Origin: an uncultured Acidobacteriota bacterium
Lineage (GTDB): Bacteria > Acidobacteriota > Thermoanaerobaculia > Gp7-AA8
Reading direction: 5' to 3'
Assembly: GCA_963741955.1 (NCBI GenBank)
Contig: CAVUKB010000004.1
Location: forward strand, 608,001-672,000
DNA length: 64,000 nt
Positions 13,992-23,260 of the stretch are shown piece after piece. Position numbers and translations under genes: made by a program. The notes below the pieces were generated by a model. It made no database searches and had not been told where the DNA came from. It saw only the letters and a list, made by a program, of their open reading frames with translations. The number at the start of each line of letters is the position of its first letter. Positions within the stretch are counted from its first letter, which is position 1.

Positions 13992-14054
13992 GAGCCTGAC
14001 CCCCAAGCGGAGCGCGCAGGTGAAGCCTGCCGAACCGAATACGGGCCTGACCCC
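13992..14054 (-). repeat. Array 3: two GGGGTCAGGC copies in reverse orientation
   Basis: GAGCCTGACCCC at about 13992 and GGGCCTGACCCC at 14043-14054. Confidence 0.8.
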
Positions 14055-14149
14055 GTTCAGACCGGTACGTTTCAGGCCTTGGTACGTTGGAGCAAAGTGG
14101 GCTGCCTCTCCGCCGACTGACGAAGAGGCAGCGATTCGGCAAGGGACTG

Positions 14150-14719
14150 TCAGGATCGCGACAAGGCGTTGTCGGGAACAAAGTAGAGATCGAGTGCGGT
14201 GTGGGTGGCCAGATCGCCCGTGCGGAAAGCAGCCCTGACACCTTGCCCAATGCGTAGGGGTGCGTTGGCTCCGACGAGGTAGCTCTTCACAATCGTGCAC
14301 AGGCCCGGAATGCGGACGTCGATCTGGTAATACGGAGTGGGGATCTCGAGGCCGGTGCCCCCACGTTCGACGAGGGTGTAGGTGTAGACATAACCGCGCG
14401 GCTCGGGAACCTCGTGCCAGACCATCGGCTGATGGCAGTCGGGGCAGTCGGCCCGCGGCGGCACCCAGAGCTCGCCGTCTCCCCTGCTGATCGGGCAGGC
14501 TGCGTTGATGCAGCGCGTCGCCATGAGCCGACCTTCAGTAAGACCTTTGAAATAGGGTGTGAGCATTCCGTACGTGTGGTAGTGCGTTCCCTCTTCAGCG
14601 AAACGTGGAACGTGGAGAACCCAGGTTCCCTTCACGAGATCGACCGATGAAGGGGCGATGAGGGGAACGCTCCGCGGCCTCGACGGGACCGATGAGTCAA
14701 CGACGTTTTTCTGGGACAT
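14150..14719 (-). CDS. Zn-ribbon/OB-fold protein (DUF35 family), thiolase partner
   Basis: ATRC...C, PPRADCPDC, GYVYTYT, IGQGVRAAF; directly downstream of the thiolase-like gene. Confidence 0.85.
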   Translation of the reverse strand: MSQKNVVDSSVPSRPRSVPLIAPSSVDLVKGTWVLHVPRFAEEGTHYHTYGMLTPYFKGLTEGRLMATRCINAACPISRGDGELWVPPRADCPDCHQPMVWHEVPEPRGYVYTYTLVERGGTGLEIPTPYYQIDVRIPGLCTIVKSYLVGANAPLRIGQGVRAAFRTGDLATHTALDLYFVPDNALSRS

Positions 14720-14728
14720 TATTCTCTC

Positions 14729-16129
14729 CTACCATGCCTTTTCGAGGACGGCGCAAGTGACGTGACTTCCCACCCCGGCGTGGGAAATTGCAAGTCCGCG
14801 CCGAGGATTCTGCACCTGAAGGTTCTTCCAGTCGGAAGGCTTCTGCTTCCCATATCTCGCCCACAGTTTCGGATCGCCGTGGAACTGCTCATACTTTTCC
14901 TGGATCTGCCATGCTGCTTCGGCGCACTGGAAGATGCCGGTGGCACCGACGGCGTGCATGGTGCCGAGCAGACCCCCGGAGAGATTCGCCGGACATTTGC
15001 CAGGCTGCCCGTTCTTGGGGTTCTCGAGATACGACTCGCCCGAGGTGACGAACTCCTGCTCGTGTCCATACTTGGTCAGGCCGACGTCTCCGTACGTCTG
15101 GAGGTCGGAGATTGTGAACGCGTCGTGTGTCTCGACGAGGTCGAGATCCTCGATTGGTACGTGAATCCCCGCCATCCGGTAAGCCATGTACGCCGCGAAT
15201 CGCGTTGCTCCGAAACTTTCGAAGCCCGGCCATCGCCCATCCTGGCTTTTCATTTCCTCGTAGAGATGGTCGTACTCATGTGCGCTCTCATTGGGGAGCA
15301 AGGGGATCTCCATTGGTCTGCGGTCACCGGTCCGGAGCGTGTGGGAGCCGGCGGCTATGTAAAGTCGGACCGGCCGATCGGTGAGCTCGTAGGCCACCTT
15401 CTCGGAACAGAGCAGTGCGGCACTGGAACCGACGCTCATGGCGCAGCATTCGAGAAACCGGAGCGGGTCCGAGACGATCTCGCCCGACAGCACTTCTTCG
15501 ATGGTGTGGTGCCCCGGCTGCTGTGCGTACGGAGACGAGCAGGCGTTGCCGCGATTCCGGACCGCGATCTCGGCGCGTACGCGTTCATCCACGCCGTACA
15601 TCTCCTGAAAGCGTCGCGCCATCGGCGCGTAGTAGCTCGCGTAGTTGCGGGCAAGCCTGGTCTCGAAATCCTTACAGGCTGCAGACGCGATGTAGTAGTT
15701 GCCGGTCCAGGTCTTCACCTCGTCCATCCGCTCCCATCCGAGTACGAGGGTGCAATCACTCATTCCGCTGGCGATCGTCGTTGCACCCATGAGCATGGCG
15801 GAGCCGCCCGTCGCGCCTCCTGTCTTGACCCCGACGTTCGGGAGAGGGTCGAGGCCCAGGTAGTCGTGGACCTTCGCCTCGCAGAGGAGCTGGTCCTGGA
15901 AGTGATCTGCGAACTCCCCATACACGGCGAAATTGAGCATTTCCTTGACGGCAAGGGGCTCCTTTTTCAGATCGTTCTCTTCGAGAAGCATACGGAACGC
16001 CATCATGGAAAGCTCTTCGAGTCTCTTCTCGGGATACCGTTTTCGGAAATCACTCGTACCTGCGGCGACGAGGTACACCGCGCGGGTCCACTTCGGAACC
16101 CTGAGATTTCCCTGTCCGAACTTGATCAT
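14729..16129 (-). CDS. Thiolase-like protein (SCP2/non-decarboxylating type), canonical Cys apparently absent
   Basis: VETHDAFT and NLSGGLLGTMHAVGATG motifs; GGAGGAG RBS; KTGGATGG where ExACASG is expected. Confidence 0.85.
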   Translation of the reverse strand: MIKFGQGNLRVPKWTRAVYLVAAGTSDFRKRYPEKRLEELSMMAFRMLLEENDLKKEPLAVKEMLNFAVYGEFADHFQDQLLCEAKVHDYLGLDPLPNVGVKTGGATGGSAMLMGATTIASGMSDCTLVLGWERMDEVKTWTGNYYIASAACKDFETRLARNYASYYAPMARRFQEMYGVDERVRAEIAVRNRGNACSSPYAQQPGHHTIEEVLSGEIVSDPLRFLECCAMSVGSSAALLCSEKVAYELTDRPVRLYIAAGSHTLRTGDRRPMEIPLLPNESAHEYDHLYEEMKSQDGRWPGFESFGATRFAAYMAYRMAGIHVPIEDLDLVETHDAFTISDLQTYGDVGLTKYGHEQEFVTSGESYLENPKNGQPGKCPANLSGGLLGTMHAVGATGIFQCAEAAWQIQEKYEQFHGDPKLWARYGKQKPSDWKNLQVQNPRRGLAISHAGVGSHVTCAVLEKAW

Positions 16130-16380
16130 CTTTCTCCTCCTGAGGTGACGAGACCTGGTGCGCCGGTGGCGGTTGCGTCGCCGGACGTGCGGCGAGTGAA
16201 TTCCGCCTGCGGCGTGATGCGAAGCTCTGAGCTCATGGAGAGGAGGGCTTCCGCCGCGACGATCGCGGAAGGAGCGGGAGATCTCCGAAAAAACGTGACC
16301 GTGTTGACTGAAAAGTAAGTCCGCGGAGGAGGCAGGCGCCAGTCCTAGTGGAATTTCGGGTGTCGAGCTGGACCTGCAGC

Positions 16381-16720
16381 ACGGAAAACGGGCCTGACCC
16401 CGCGTTGGTCGACCCCGCGTTGGTCGCCGAGTCGATCTGGAGTTGGGGGAATAGACGAACCTGGATTTGCCGAAGAAAGCGCGAATGTACGGAAAACGGG
16501 CCTGACCCCGAGTTTCCCCGAGTTTCCGGCTGACCCCAATTCTCCGGCTCGACGGAACAGAGAGCGGGCCTGACCCCGACGGGAAACCGAAATCCGGCCT
16601 GACCCCCGGCCACGGGTAGACGGAACAGAGAGCGGGCCTGACCCCGGCGGGAAACCGAAATCCGGCCTGACCCCCGGCCACGGGTAGACCCCCGGCCAGG
16701 GGTACCGGCCGACCCCCGGC
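16381..16720 (-). repeat. Array 4 of the GGGGTCAGGCC motif (6 full copies plus partials, reverse orientation)
   Basis: GGCCTGACCCC at about 16390, 16498, 16566, 16596, 16634 and 16664; includes a 68-bp tandem duplication. Confidence 0.9.
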
Positions 16721-16764
16721 GCGAGGCCGCCGCCACCGTCCCGCACGTGTAGAATGGCGCGCTC

Positions 16765-17505
16765 ATGGGGGACGACGCTGCGATCCGGGTCGAGGGGCTC
16801 CGAAAGCGATTCGGTGAGGTGATCGCCGTCGACGACCTGTCGTTCGCCGTCGGACGCGGCGAGATTCTCGGGCTGCTCGGCCCGAATGGGGCCGGCAAGA
16901 CCACCACGATTCAGCTGCTCCTCGGCCTCACCACACCGGATCGCGGCTCGATCCGGATCCTCGGACTCGACCTCGCGAGCAGCCGCCTCGCCATCCTCCA
17001 GCGCGTGAACTTCTCCTCCGCCTACATCGCCCTCCCGTCCAATCTCACCGTCCGGGAGAATCTGAACGTCTTCGCCCGGCTTTACGGCGTGGAGGGGAGG
17101 ACGAGGAAGATCGACGAGGTCCTCGAGCTGTTCGAGATTCCGGAAGTCAAGCATCAGGTCAGCGGCGCACTCTCGTCCGGACAGCAGACGCGCCTGAACC
17201 TCTGCAAGGCTTTTCTGAATGACCCCGAAGTCCTTCTCCTCGACGAGCCGACAGCGAGTCTCGATCCGGACATCGCGGACAAGGTACGAAAGACCCTTCT
17301 GCGCATCCAGAAGGAGCGCGGAGTGACGATCCTCTATACCTCCCACAACATGCGCGAGATCGAGCTGATGTGCGACCGGGTGATCTTCCTCTCCCACGGA
17401 CGGATCGTCGCCGAAGGCTCGCCACGCGAAGTCGTCGAAAGGAGCCGTTCCGGCGACCTCGAGGATCTCTTCATAAGCATCGCGAGAGGAGCACATCGCG
17501 AATGA
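16765..17505 (+). CDS. ABC transporter ATP-binding protein (ABC-2 exporter)
   Basis: GPNGAGKTT, LSSGQ, LLLDEPT, TSH. Confidence 0.95.
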   Translation: MGDDAAIRVEGLRKRFGEVIAVDDLSFAVGRGEILGLLGPNGAGKTTTIQLLLGLTTPDRGSIRILGLDLASSRLAILQRVNFSSAYIALPSNLTVRENLNVFARLYGVEGRTRKIDEVLELFEIPEVKHQVSGALSSGQQTRLNLCKAFLNDPEVLLLDEPTASLDPDIADKVRKTLLRIQKERGVTILYTSHNMREIELMCDRVIFLSHGRIVAEGSPREVVERSRSGDLEDLFISIARGAHRE

Positions 17506-18299
17506 GCGCTTCCGACTCCGTCCGAAGGATCTCCGCTCTCCTCCTTCGCTATCTCTACCTCTACCGCCGGAGCCTCGCCCGTATGGGCGAGATCTTCTTC
17601 TGGCCGGTCATGGATCTGGTGGTGTGGGGATTCGTGATCGCGTACCTGGAGCGGATGGTCCTCCCGAAGACGGTTCTCTTCTTCCTCGGCGGCGTGATCT
17701 TCTGGGACATCCTCTACCGCGCACAGCAGGCGATCACTCTGACCATCACCGACGAGATCTGGGTTCGGAACATCATCAATATCTTCATTGCACCTCTTCG
17801 GACCGGAGAGCTCCTCGCCGCCACCGCCCTGATGGGCGTGATCCGCGCAATCACCAGTGCGGTGGTCCTGGGGTCGCTGGCGTGGGCGCTGTACCACTTC
17901 AACCTCCTGCACGTCGGGCTCCTGCTGGTTCCATTCGTCGGCTCTCTCCTCCTCTTCGGCTGGGCGGTAGGGATGTTCACGACCGCTCTGATTCTCCGCT
18001 TCGGGCACGCGGCGGAAGCGCTGGTGTGGGGAGTCCCGTTTCTGCTCCAGCCGATCTCCGCTGTCTTCTATCCCGTGGATGTCTTCCCCGCCTGGCTTCG
18101 TCCGGTGGCGCTGGCACTCCCGTCGACGCACATCTTCGAAGGAATGCGTTCCGCGCTCCAGGGGCATTTCGCGATCACCGCACTCCTGACCGCCGTCGCG
18201 CTCAACCTGGTCTATCTCGTCCTGGGCGCGCTCTTCTTCGGATGGATGCTGAACGTGGTCCGCCGTCGGGGACTCCTCTCGCGTCTCGCGATGGAGTGA
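17502..18299 (+). CDS. ABC-2 type permease
   Basis: Six TM segments, VFYPVDVFPAWL; ATGA overlap with the ATPase gene. Confidence 0.9.
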   Translation: MSASDSVRRISALLLRYLYLYRRSLARMGEIFFWPVMDLVVWGFVIAYLERMVLPKTVLFFLGGVIFWDILYRAQQAITLTITDEIWVRNIINIFIAPLRTGELLAATALMGVIRAITSAVVLGSLAWALYHFNLLHVGLLLVPFVGSLLLFGWAVGMFTTALILRFGHAAEALVWGVPFLLQPISAVFYPVDVFPAWLRPVALALPSTHIFEGMRSALQGHFAITALLTAVALNLVYLVLGALFFGWMLNVVRRRGLLSRLAME

Positions 18300-18363
18300 A
18301 TGCGGGTCGGCCCGACAGCGGATCGCCGCTGCCACTCCGAAGTCCGTGAGAAATGACTCGCCG

Positions 18364-20637
18364 TCATTTCCTGCCGTAGCGGAGCGACCACTCGGTCCAG
18401 CGCGCGAGGGCGCGCATGGCACGATCCGCACTCCGGAACGACGGGATGCCTCCCCCCTCGAGTCTGAGCGCCATCGCGTCGTAGCGTGGACCGGCGTCGA
18501 CCACTGCAGCCCACGGGATCGAGGTCGTCCGCCATAACCCGACCAGACGCTCGACGACCGACTCCTCGCTGCCGATGTCCTCTGTGTGGCCGGCTCCTTT
18601 CGGCAACGTCTGCAACGCGCCGGTCAGCGGTACGCACCCGATGATCCCGAGATCGACGCTCTCGTCCCCGAGAAGTGCCGCTGCGACTTCAGTGAATGCA
18701 GAGTCGCCGAGCATTGGATTGACGTCGAGCGGATTGTCGATGGTGACGATCCGTTCGAGCCGGCTGAGGGAGAGGAGCCGTTCGATCTCCTCCCTCGTGC
18801 CAGGCGCGAGAGGTGCGAACGAGAATGGGCCGGTGTTGTCGGCAAACGAGACGCTTTCGAATCCCGCATTGGACATCGCCGCGAGGCGCAGCCCACGAAC
18901 CGGGCGGCTCCTGAGCATGGTGGCGAGTCGGATCAGATCGCGGAATTCGTCCATGCTCTCCGCGAGGAGCACGCCGGCGGCGCGTGCGAGCTCGCGGGTC
19001 ACGACGTAATCGCCGGCGATCGCGGCGGTGTGCGATGCCGTCGCCCTCGCGCCCGCAACGGTACGGCCGGCGCGATACAGGATGACTGGACGTCCCTGTT
19101 TCACGATGCGAGCCGCCGCCTGCATCCACTCCAGCCCGTCCATCGGACGAAACCCTTCGACGTAGAACGCGAAAACCTCGACCGAACCATCACCTTCCAG
19201 AAAGCGGAGGTAATCACCGACAGTCAGGTCGACCTGATTCCCGATCGAGACGAGGTACCGCGGAACGATCCCTCCCAGCTCCGTCGCCAGCGCGACACTC
19301 AGCGCGCCACTCTGGGACACCAGAGCGAGCGGCGCTTCGACCGGCTCGACACCACGCGGTTCCTCGAGCTTGTATCGTGGCAGGAATACCGTATTGACCT
19401 TCCCGGGTCTCGACTGAACGCCGAGGCAGTTTCCGCCATTCACGACAGGTCCACCCCAAGTCGACTTCCGGGAGTTCGCGAGAGTCGTTCGGATGTGCTG
19501 CTCGAGACTCTCCGAACCGTGGCGCTCCCCGAGTCCCCCCGGGATCACGATGACGCTCTCCGCGGCGCGAGCGTTCACCACCCGCTCAATGGTGTCGGGA
19601 ACCTGATCCGCTGCGATGCTCAGCACCAGAAGGTCGGCTCGTTCGGGCAACGACTCGACGTCGGGGACACAACCGCACCCGTCGATCTCCGTTTCGGCAG
19701 GTTTGATCACGTGGATGTGCGCGGGATCGAACCCTTCGTCGAGAAGATTGCGTACGATCACGTGTCCCGGATTCATCGCCTTCGACACTCCGGCGATCGC
19801 GATCGATCCGGGACGGAGAAGACGTCCGATCTTTTCGATGGGACGGGGCGCCGGGGCGACGACTTCGTCCGGAGCCGAAAGACGGACCAGCGCATCGAGT
19901 GCCACCGGTCCACTCTCAGTGGGAATGAGCGGATTGATCTCCAGCTCGGAGAAAGGGGAGGGGCAGTACTCTGCCGCGAAACTGAGGAAACGTTGAATCA
20001 GTGCCACGAGGTCTCTCGCGGCCATCCGCTGCCGCTGCCGGCGGACGCCTCCCGTGACGAGCGGTGTGATTGCGCACTCGCCGAGGATCCGTTCGATCTG
20101 CTCAGGCGGGGTGAGCTCGGGAGAGAAGATCGCGATCTCCCGCGATGCTCGGATGTTTCGGGTCATGAATTCGGTGGTGACTCCGCCCGGTCCGAAGCTG
20201 ACCACCGGACCGAAATCGGCAGTCCACCGGAAGCCGAGGAGAAGCTCTCCCCCGGGCGCTAGGTCGTGCTCGAAGCACTCACTGATCAGGATGCCTTCGA
20301 GATCCGCCTCTGCGAAATCTTCCTGCATCTGGTCGAGCGCATCTGCGATCCGATCCGGTTCGCGCGGGACGAAGCGGACCCCTCCGATGTCGCTCTTGTG
20401 AAGGATCGTGGGAGAGACGATCTTCAGCACGACGCGCTCGCCCTTCATCGACGTGAACGCCTCGGCAGCGGCACGAAGGTTGTGCGCCGGATCGGTGACG
20501 TGAATCTGCCGGGGGAGCCTTACTCCCAGGATCTCCAGAAGCACTGCGGCTTCGGGCTCGAGGAGGACGTCTCGCCCGTGACGGCGAGCGTTCGAGATCA
20601 GAGGATCGATGGCAAAAGATCGGACGATGGAGCTCAT
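18364..20637 (-). CDS. ADP-forming acyl-CoA synthetase (ATP-grasp N-terminal, CoA-binding C-terminal)
   Basis: KIVSPTILHKSDIGGV, ELEINPL, GGNCLG, SQSGA, ASHTAAIAG phospho-His; alternative start 20685. Confidence 0.9.
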   Translation of the reverse strand: MSSIVRSFAIDPLISNARRHGRDVLLEPEAAVLLEILGVRLPRQIHVTDPAHNLRAAAEAFTSMKGERVVLKIVSPTILHKSDIGGVRFVPREPDRIADALDQMQEDFAEADLEGILISECFEHDLAPGGELLLGFRWTADFGPVVSFGPGGVTTEFMTRNIRASREIAIFSPELTPPEQIERILGECAITPLVTGGVRRQRQRMAARDLVALIQRFLSFAAEYCPSPFSELEINPLIPTESGPVALDALVRLSAPDEVVAPAPRPIEKIGRLLRPGSIAIAGVSKAMNPGHVIVRNLLDEGFDPAHIHVIKPAETEIDGCGCVPDVESLPERADLLVLSIAADQVPDTIERVVNARAAESVIVIPGGLGERHGSESLEQHIRTTLANSRKSTWGGPVVNGGNCLGVQSRPGKVNTVFLPRYKLEEPRGVEPVEAPLALVSQSGALSVALATELGGIVPRYLVSIGNQVDLTVGDYLRFLEGDGSVEVFAFYVEGFRPMDGLEWMQAAARIVKQGRPVILYRAGRTVAGARATASHTAAIAGDYVVTRELARAAGVLLAESMDEFRDLIRLATMLRSRPVRGLRLAAMSNAGFESVSFADNTGPFSFAPLAPGTREEIERLLSLSRLERIVTIDNPLDVNPMLGDSAFTEVAAALLGDESVDLGIIGCVPLTGALQTLPKGAGHTEDIGSEESVVERLVGLWRTTSIPWAAVVDAGPRYDAMALRLEGGGIPSFRSADRAMRALARWTEWSLRYGRK

Positions 20638-20681
20638 CAGGACTCCCGCTCGTGCAGAATCTGTTTCCGAAATGCAGCCGC

Positions 20682-21296
20682 TCAAGGTGTGGCGAGAGTC
20701 TCGAAAGCGTCCACCATTTCCGCAAAGTGAACCGACGTTCTTCCCTCTTCGAATGCGTCGAGATTCACCCGGACGAGCTTTTCACCCTTTGACCGGAACG
20801 TTTCTTCGATAGTCGCCTTCAGGCGCGAAGCGTCGATGGGGAGAAAGTCCGTCGCGGCGCCGACCATCACGACGTTGGCGGCGCGGACCGACCCCGCCTC
20901 GCGGGCGAGTCGCATCGCATCCACTACCGCGCTCCGCGGAAGGGCAAGGATCGCCGTAGTCAGCTCTTCGAGAGCCGGGTAGTCGGGAATGTTACGAGTC
21001 GGATCGGTGGAGGAGAGAACGGCTCCAACCGGCGAAAGATAGTCGAGATACCGAAGGCTCTCGAGCGGTTCCATCGAGAGGATCAGGTCGGCCTGTCCGA
21101 GTGCGATGGTCGGGCTGTGAATCGGATGGTCGGCGAGGCGAAGGTGCGCCACCACTGCGCCGCCTCGCTGCGACATTCCGTGGACTTCCGACTGCACCGC
21201 ATGCAGTCCACTTTCCATCGCGGCGCGGGCGATGATCGCAGCGACCGAAAGTACGCCCTGTCCTCCCACTCCGGCGATGATGATGTCGTACTTCAT
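20682..21296 (-). CDS. iorB: Indolepyruvate:ferredoxin oxidoreductase beta subunit
   Basis: IIIAGVGGQG, SEVHGMSQRGG. Confidence 0.93.
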   Translation of the reverse strand: MKYDIIIAGVGGQGVLSVAAIIARAAMESGLHAVQSEVHGMSQRGGAVVAHLRLADHPIHSPTIALGQADLILSMEPLESLRYLDYLSPVGAVLSSTDPTRNIPDYPALEELTTAILALPRSAVVDAMRLAREAGSVRAANVVMVGAATDFLPIDASRLKATIEETFRSKGEKLVRVNLDAFEEGRTSVHFAEMVDAFETLATP

Positions 21297-22945
21297 TGCG
21301 ACTCTCCCTTCGGGTTGATCGCAGGCGATTTCTTGATCTTCTTCACGGCCTCGATGCATGCGCGGTGTGCGATGACCACCGACAGTCCGCGATGGTCGAT
21401 CTCCTCACGAAGCAGCTCCGCGAGCTCGGCGACCTTTCTGGGATGAAGCTCGAAACTGCAGACGTGATTCGGATCGGCACCGAGTCCGAGGACTACGTCT
21501 TTCAGCTTCTCGGCGGGAAGAATGGTCGGCTGCGATCCGGTCATCGCCACGACGTCGTTGTCGAGAATGATCAGAGTCATGTTCGCGTCGGCAGTGATCG
21601 CATCCATCAGCGGAGTGATTCCGGAATGAAGGAACGTGCTGTCGCCGATCACCGCCACACATGGATGGACGCCGGCTTCCGACGCTCCTTTGGCCATTCC
21701 GACGGAGGCTCCCATACAGACGCAACTGTCTCCGACGGAATGCGGAGGAAGCACGCCGAGCGTGTAGCATCCGATATCAGAGGTGACGATCGGAGCTTCG
21801 AATCCTTCGAGCGCCGTAGAGAGAGCATCGTAAGCGTCGGTGTGAGGGCAGCCGTCGCAGAGGCGCGGAGGCCGCTCCGGAACCGGGAACCGGCTGACGA
21901 TGCCTGACGCCGAGGGAAGCCCGAGCGCTTTGCGTACCAGATCCTGAGAGAGCTCCCCGTCGGGTGGGACATCACCGCTCTCCCTCCCCCGGATCAGGAC
22001 CGCGGGAGGAATGATCCCGCGGAGATATCGCTCGAGATAGGGATACCCTTCCTCGAGGACGAGCACCTCACTCACGCTCGAGACGAGCTCGCGGATTCTT
22101 CCGACCGGAAGCGGGTAGGCGCCCACGTGAAGGTGCGAGGGCTTCTGCTCGACGTCGTCGACGACGTCGAAGTAGTAGTTTCTGGCAATTCCGGTGGTGA
22201 TGACGCCGAACGACGAGCCGGGGCTGATGTCGAGGTGGTTCCACTCCGATCCGGCGGACCACTCACGGACCTCGGCGCTCTGTTCCAGCCGGCGCTTCCA
22301 GTTTTCGCGTGCGAAAGCGGGAAGCAGAACCCACTCCTTCCGATTCATGATCGGGTCGGTCGGATTCTCGAGGCGCGGCTCGACTGGCCGGACTTCTGCG
22401 CGCTCATGCGCGAGTCGCGTCACGAGGCGAAGGAGGACCGGCGTGCGGAACCTCTCCGAGATGTCGAACGCTTCGAGAGTCATCTCGTACGCTTCCTGCG
22501 GTGTGGCCGGTTCGAGGCAGGGTATCCGCGCGAAGTCCGCGTAATACCTGCTGTCCTGTTCGTTCTGCGAGCTGTGCATTCCCGGGTCATCGGCCACCGC
22601 GAGGACGAGGCCTCCCTTCGGCGCGACGACGGCGGAATTCATGAACGGATCTGCGGCCACGTTCAGGCCGACGTGCTTCATCGCGACGAGTGCACGGCGT
22701 CCGGCCATCGACATCCCGAGCGCTTCCTCGTAGGCCGTCTTTTCGTTCGCACACCAGGAAGCTCTCGGCGCGCCGACGCTTCGAGAGTAGGCGATGAGAG
22801 CTTCGAGGATTTCTGTGGAAGGTGTTCCTGGATAGGCATAAGCCCCCGAAATTCCGGCATGGACTGCTCCGAGTGCGACCGCTTCGTCGCCCAGGAGCAT
22901 CAGTGCGGAAACCTCGCGGGTCAGGAGTCCGGGCATCGGTCTCAC
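21293..22945 (-). CDS. iorA: Indolepyruvate:ferredoxin oxidoreductase alpha subunit
   Basis: YPGTPSTE, MKHVGLNVAAD, LCDGCPH, DIGCY, GDSTF TPP motif. Confidence 0.93.
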   Translation of the reverse strand: MRPMPGLLTREVSALMLLGDEAVALGAVHAGISGAYAYPGTPSTEILEALIAYSRSVGAPRASWCANEKTAYEEALGMSMAGRRALVAMKHVGLNVAADPFMNSAVVAPKGGLVLAVADDPGMHSSQNEQDSRYYADFARIPCLEPATPQEAYEMTLEAFDISERFRTPVLLRLVTRLAHERAEVRPVEPRLENPTDPIMNRKEWVLLPAFARENWKRRLEQSAEVREWSAGSEWNHLDISPGSSFGVITTGIARNYYFDVVDDVEQKPSHLHVGAYPLPVGRIRELVSSVSEVLVLEEGYPYLERYLRGIIPPAVLIRGRESGDVPPDGELSQDLVRKALGLPSASGIVSRFPVPERPPRLCDGCPHTDAYDALSTALEGFEAPIVTSDIGCYTLGVLPPHSVGDSCVCMGASVGMAKGASEAGVHPCVAVIGDSTFLHSGITPLMDAITADANMTLIILDNDVVAMTGSQPTILPAEKLKDVVLGLGADPNHVCSFELHPRKVAELAELLREEIDHRGLSVVIAHRACIEAVKKIKKSPAINPKGESQ

Positions 22946-23031
22946 CCCCGTGGGTAAATTCTGCTAGGGATATACATCCTTGCCGCAGAAAACCCAGCGA
23001 CGAAGATCACAGCGAAGAGTGACTGAGAGAC

Positions 23032-23171
23032 ATCGAGGATCGTTGATCGAGGATCGAGGATCGAGGATCGAGGATCGGGGATCGAGGATCGGGGATCGAG
23101 GATCGGGGATCGAGGATCGGGGATCGAGGATCGGGGATCGAGGATCGGGGATCGAGGATCGGGGATCGAGG
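23032..23171 (+). repeat. Heptamer tandem array (GATCGAG/GATCGGG), about 20 units
   Basis: Directly visible; A/G alternation gives a 14-bp period in the distal part. Confidence 0.95.
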
Positions 23172-23260
23172 CCAGATCGAGATATGGAGAAGCCGGGAGC
23201 CGTCGAAACTTGAACGCACCGGGCAAGTCGCGTTTCTGGATCCTCGATCTTCGATGATTC

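Noticed and set aside
13771-14149. ORFs downstream of the RAYT-type gene
   Set aside because: No motifs or RBS; the region carries repeat copies and looks non-coding
16130-16340. Riboswitch in the thiolase-like gene leader
   Set aside because: No known aptamer consensus recognised; an Rfam scan would be needed
22980-23226. Small ORFs of IEDRGS/DPRSSI repeats, and the RDERRE extension at 31235-31513
   Set aside because: Translations of stop-free heptamer arrays; no RBS or other coding evidence
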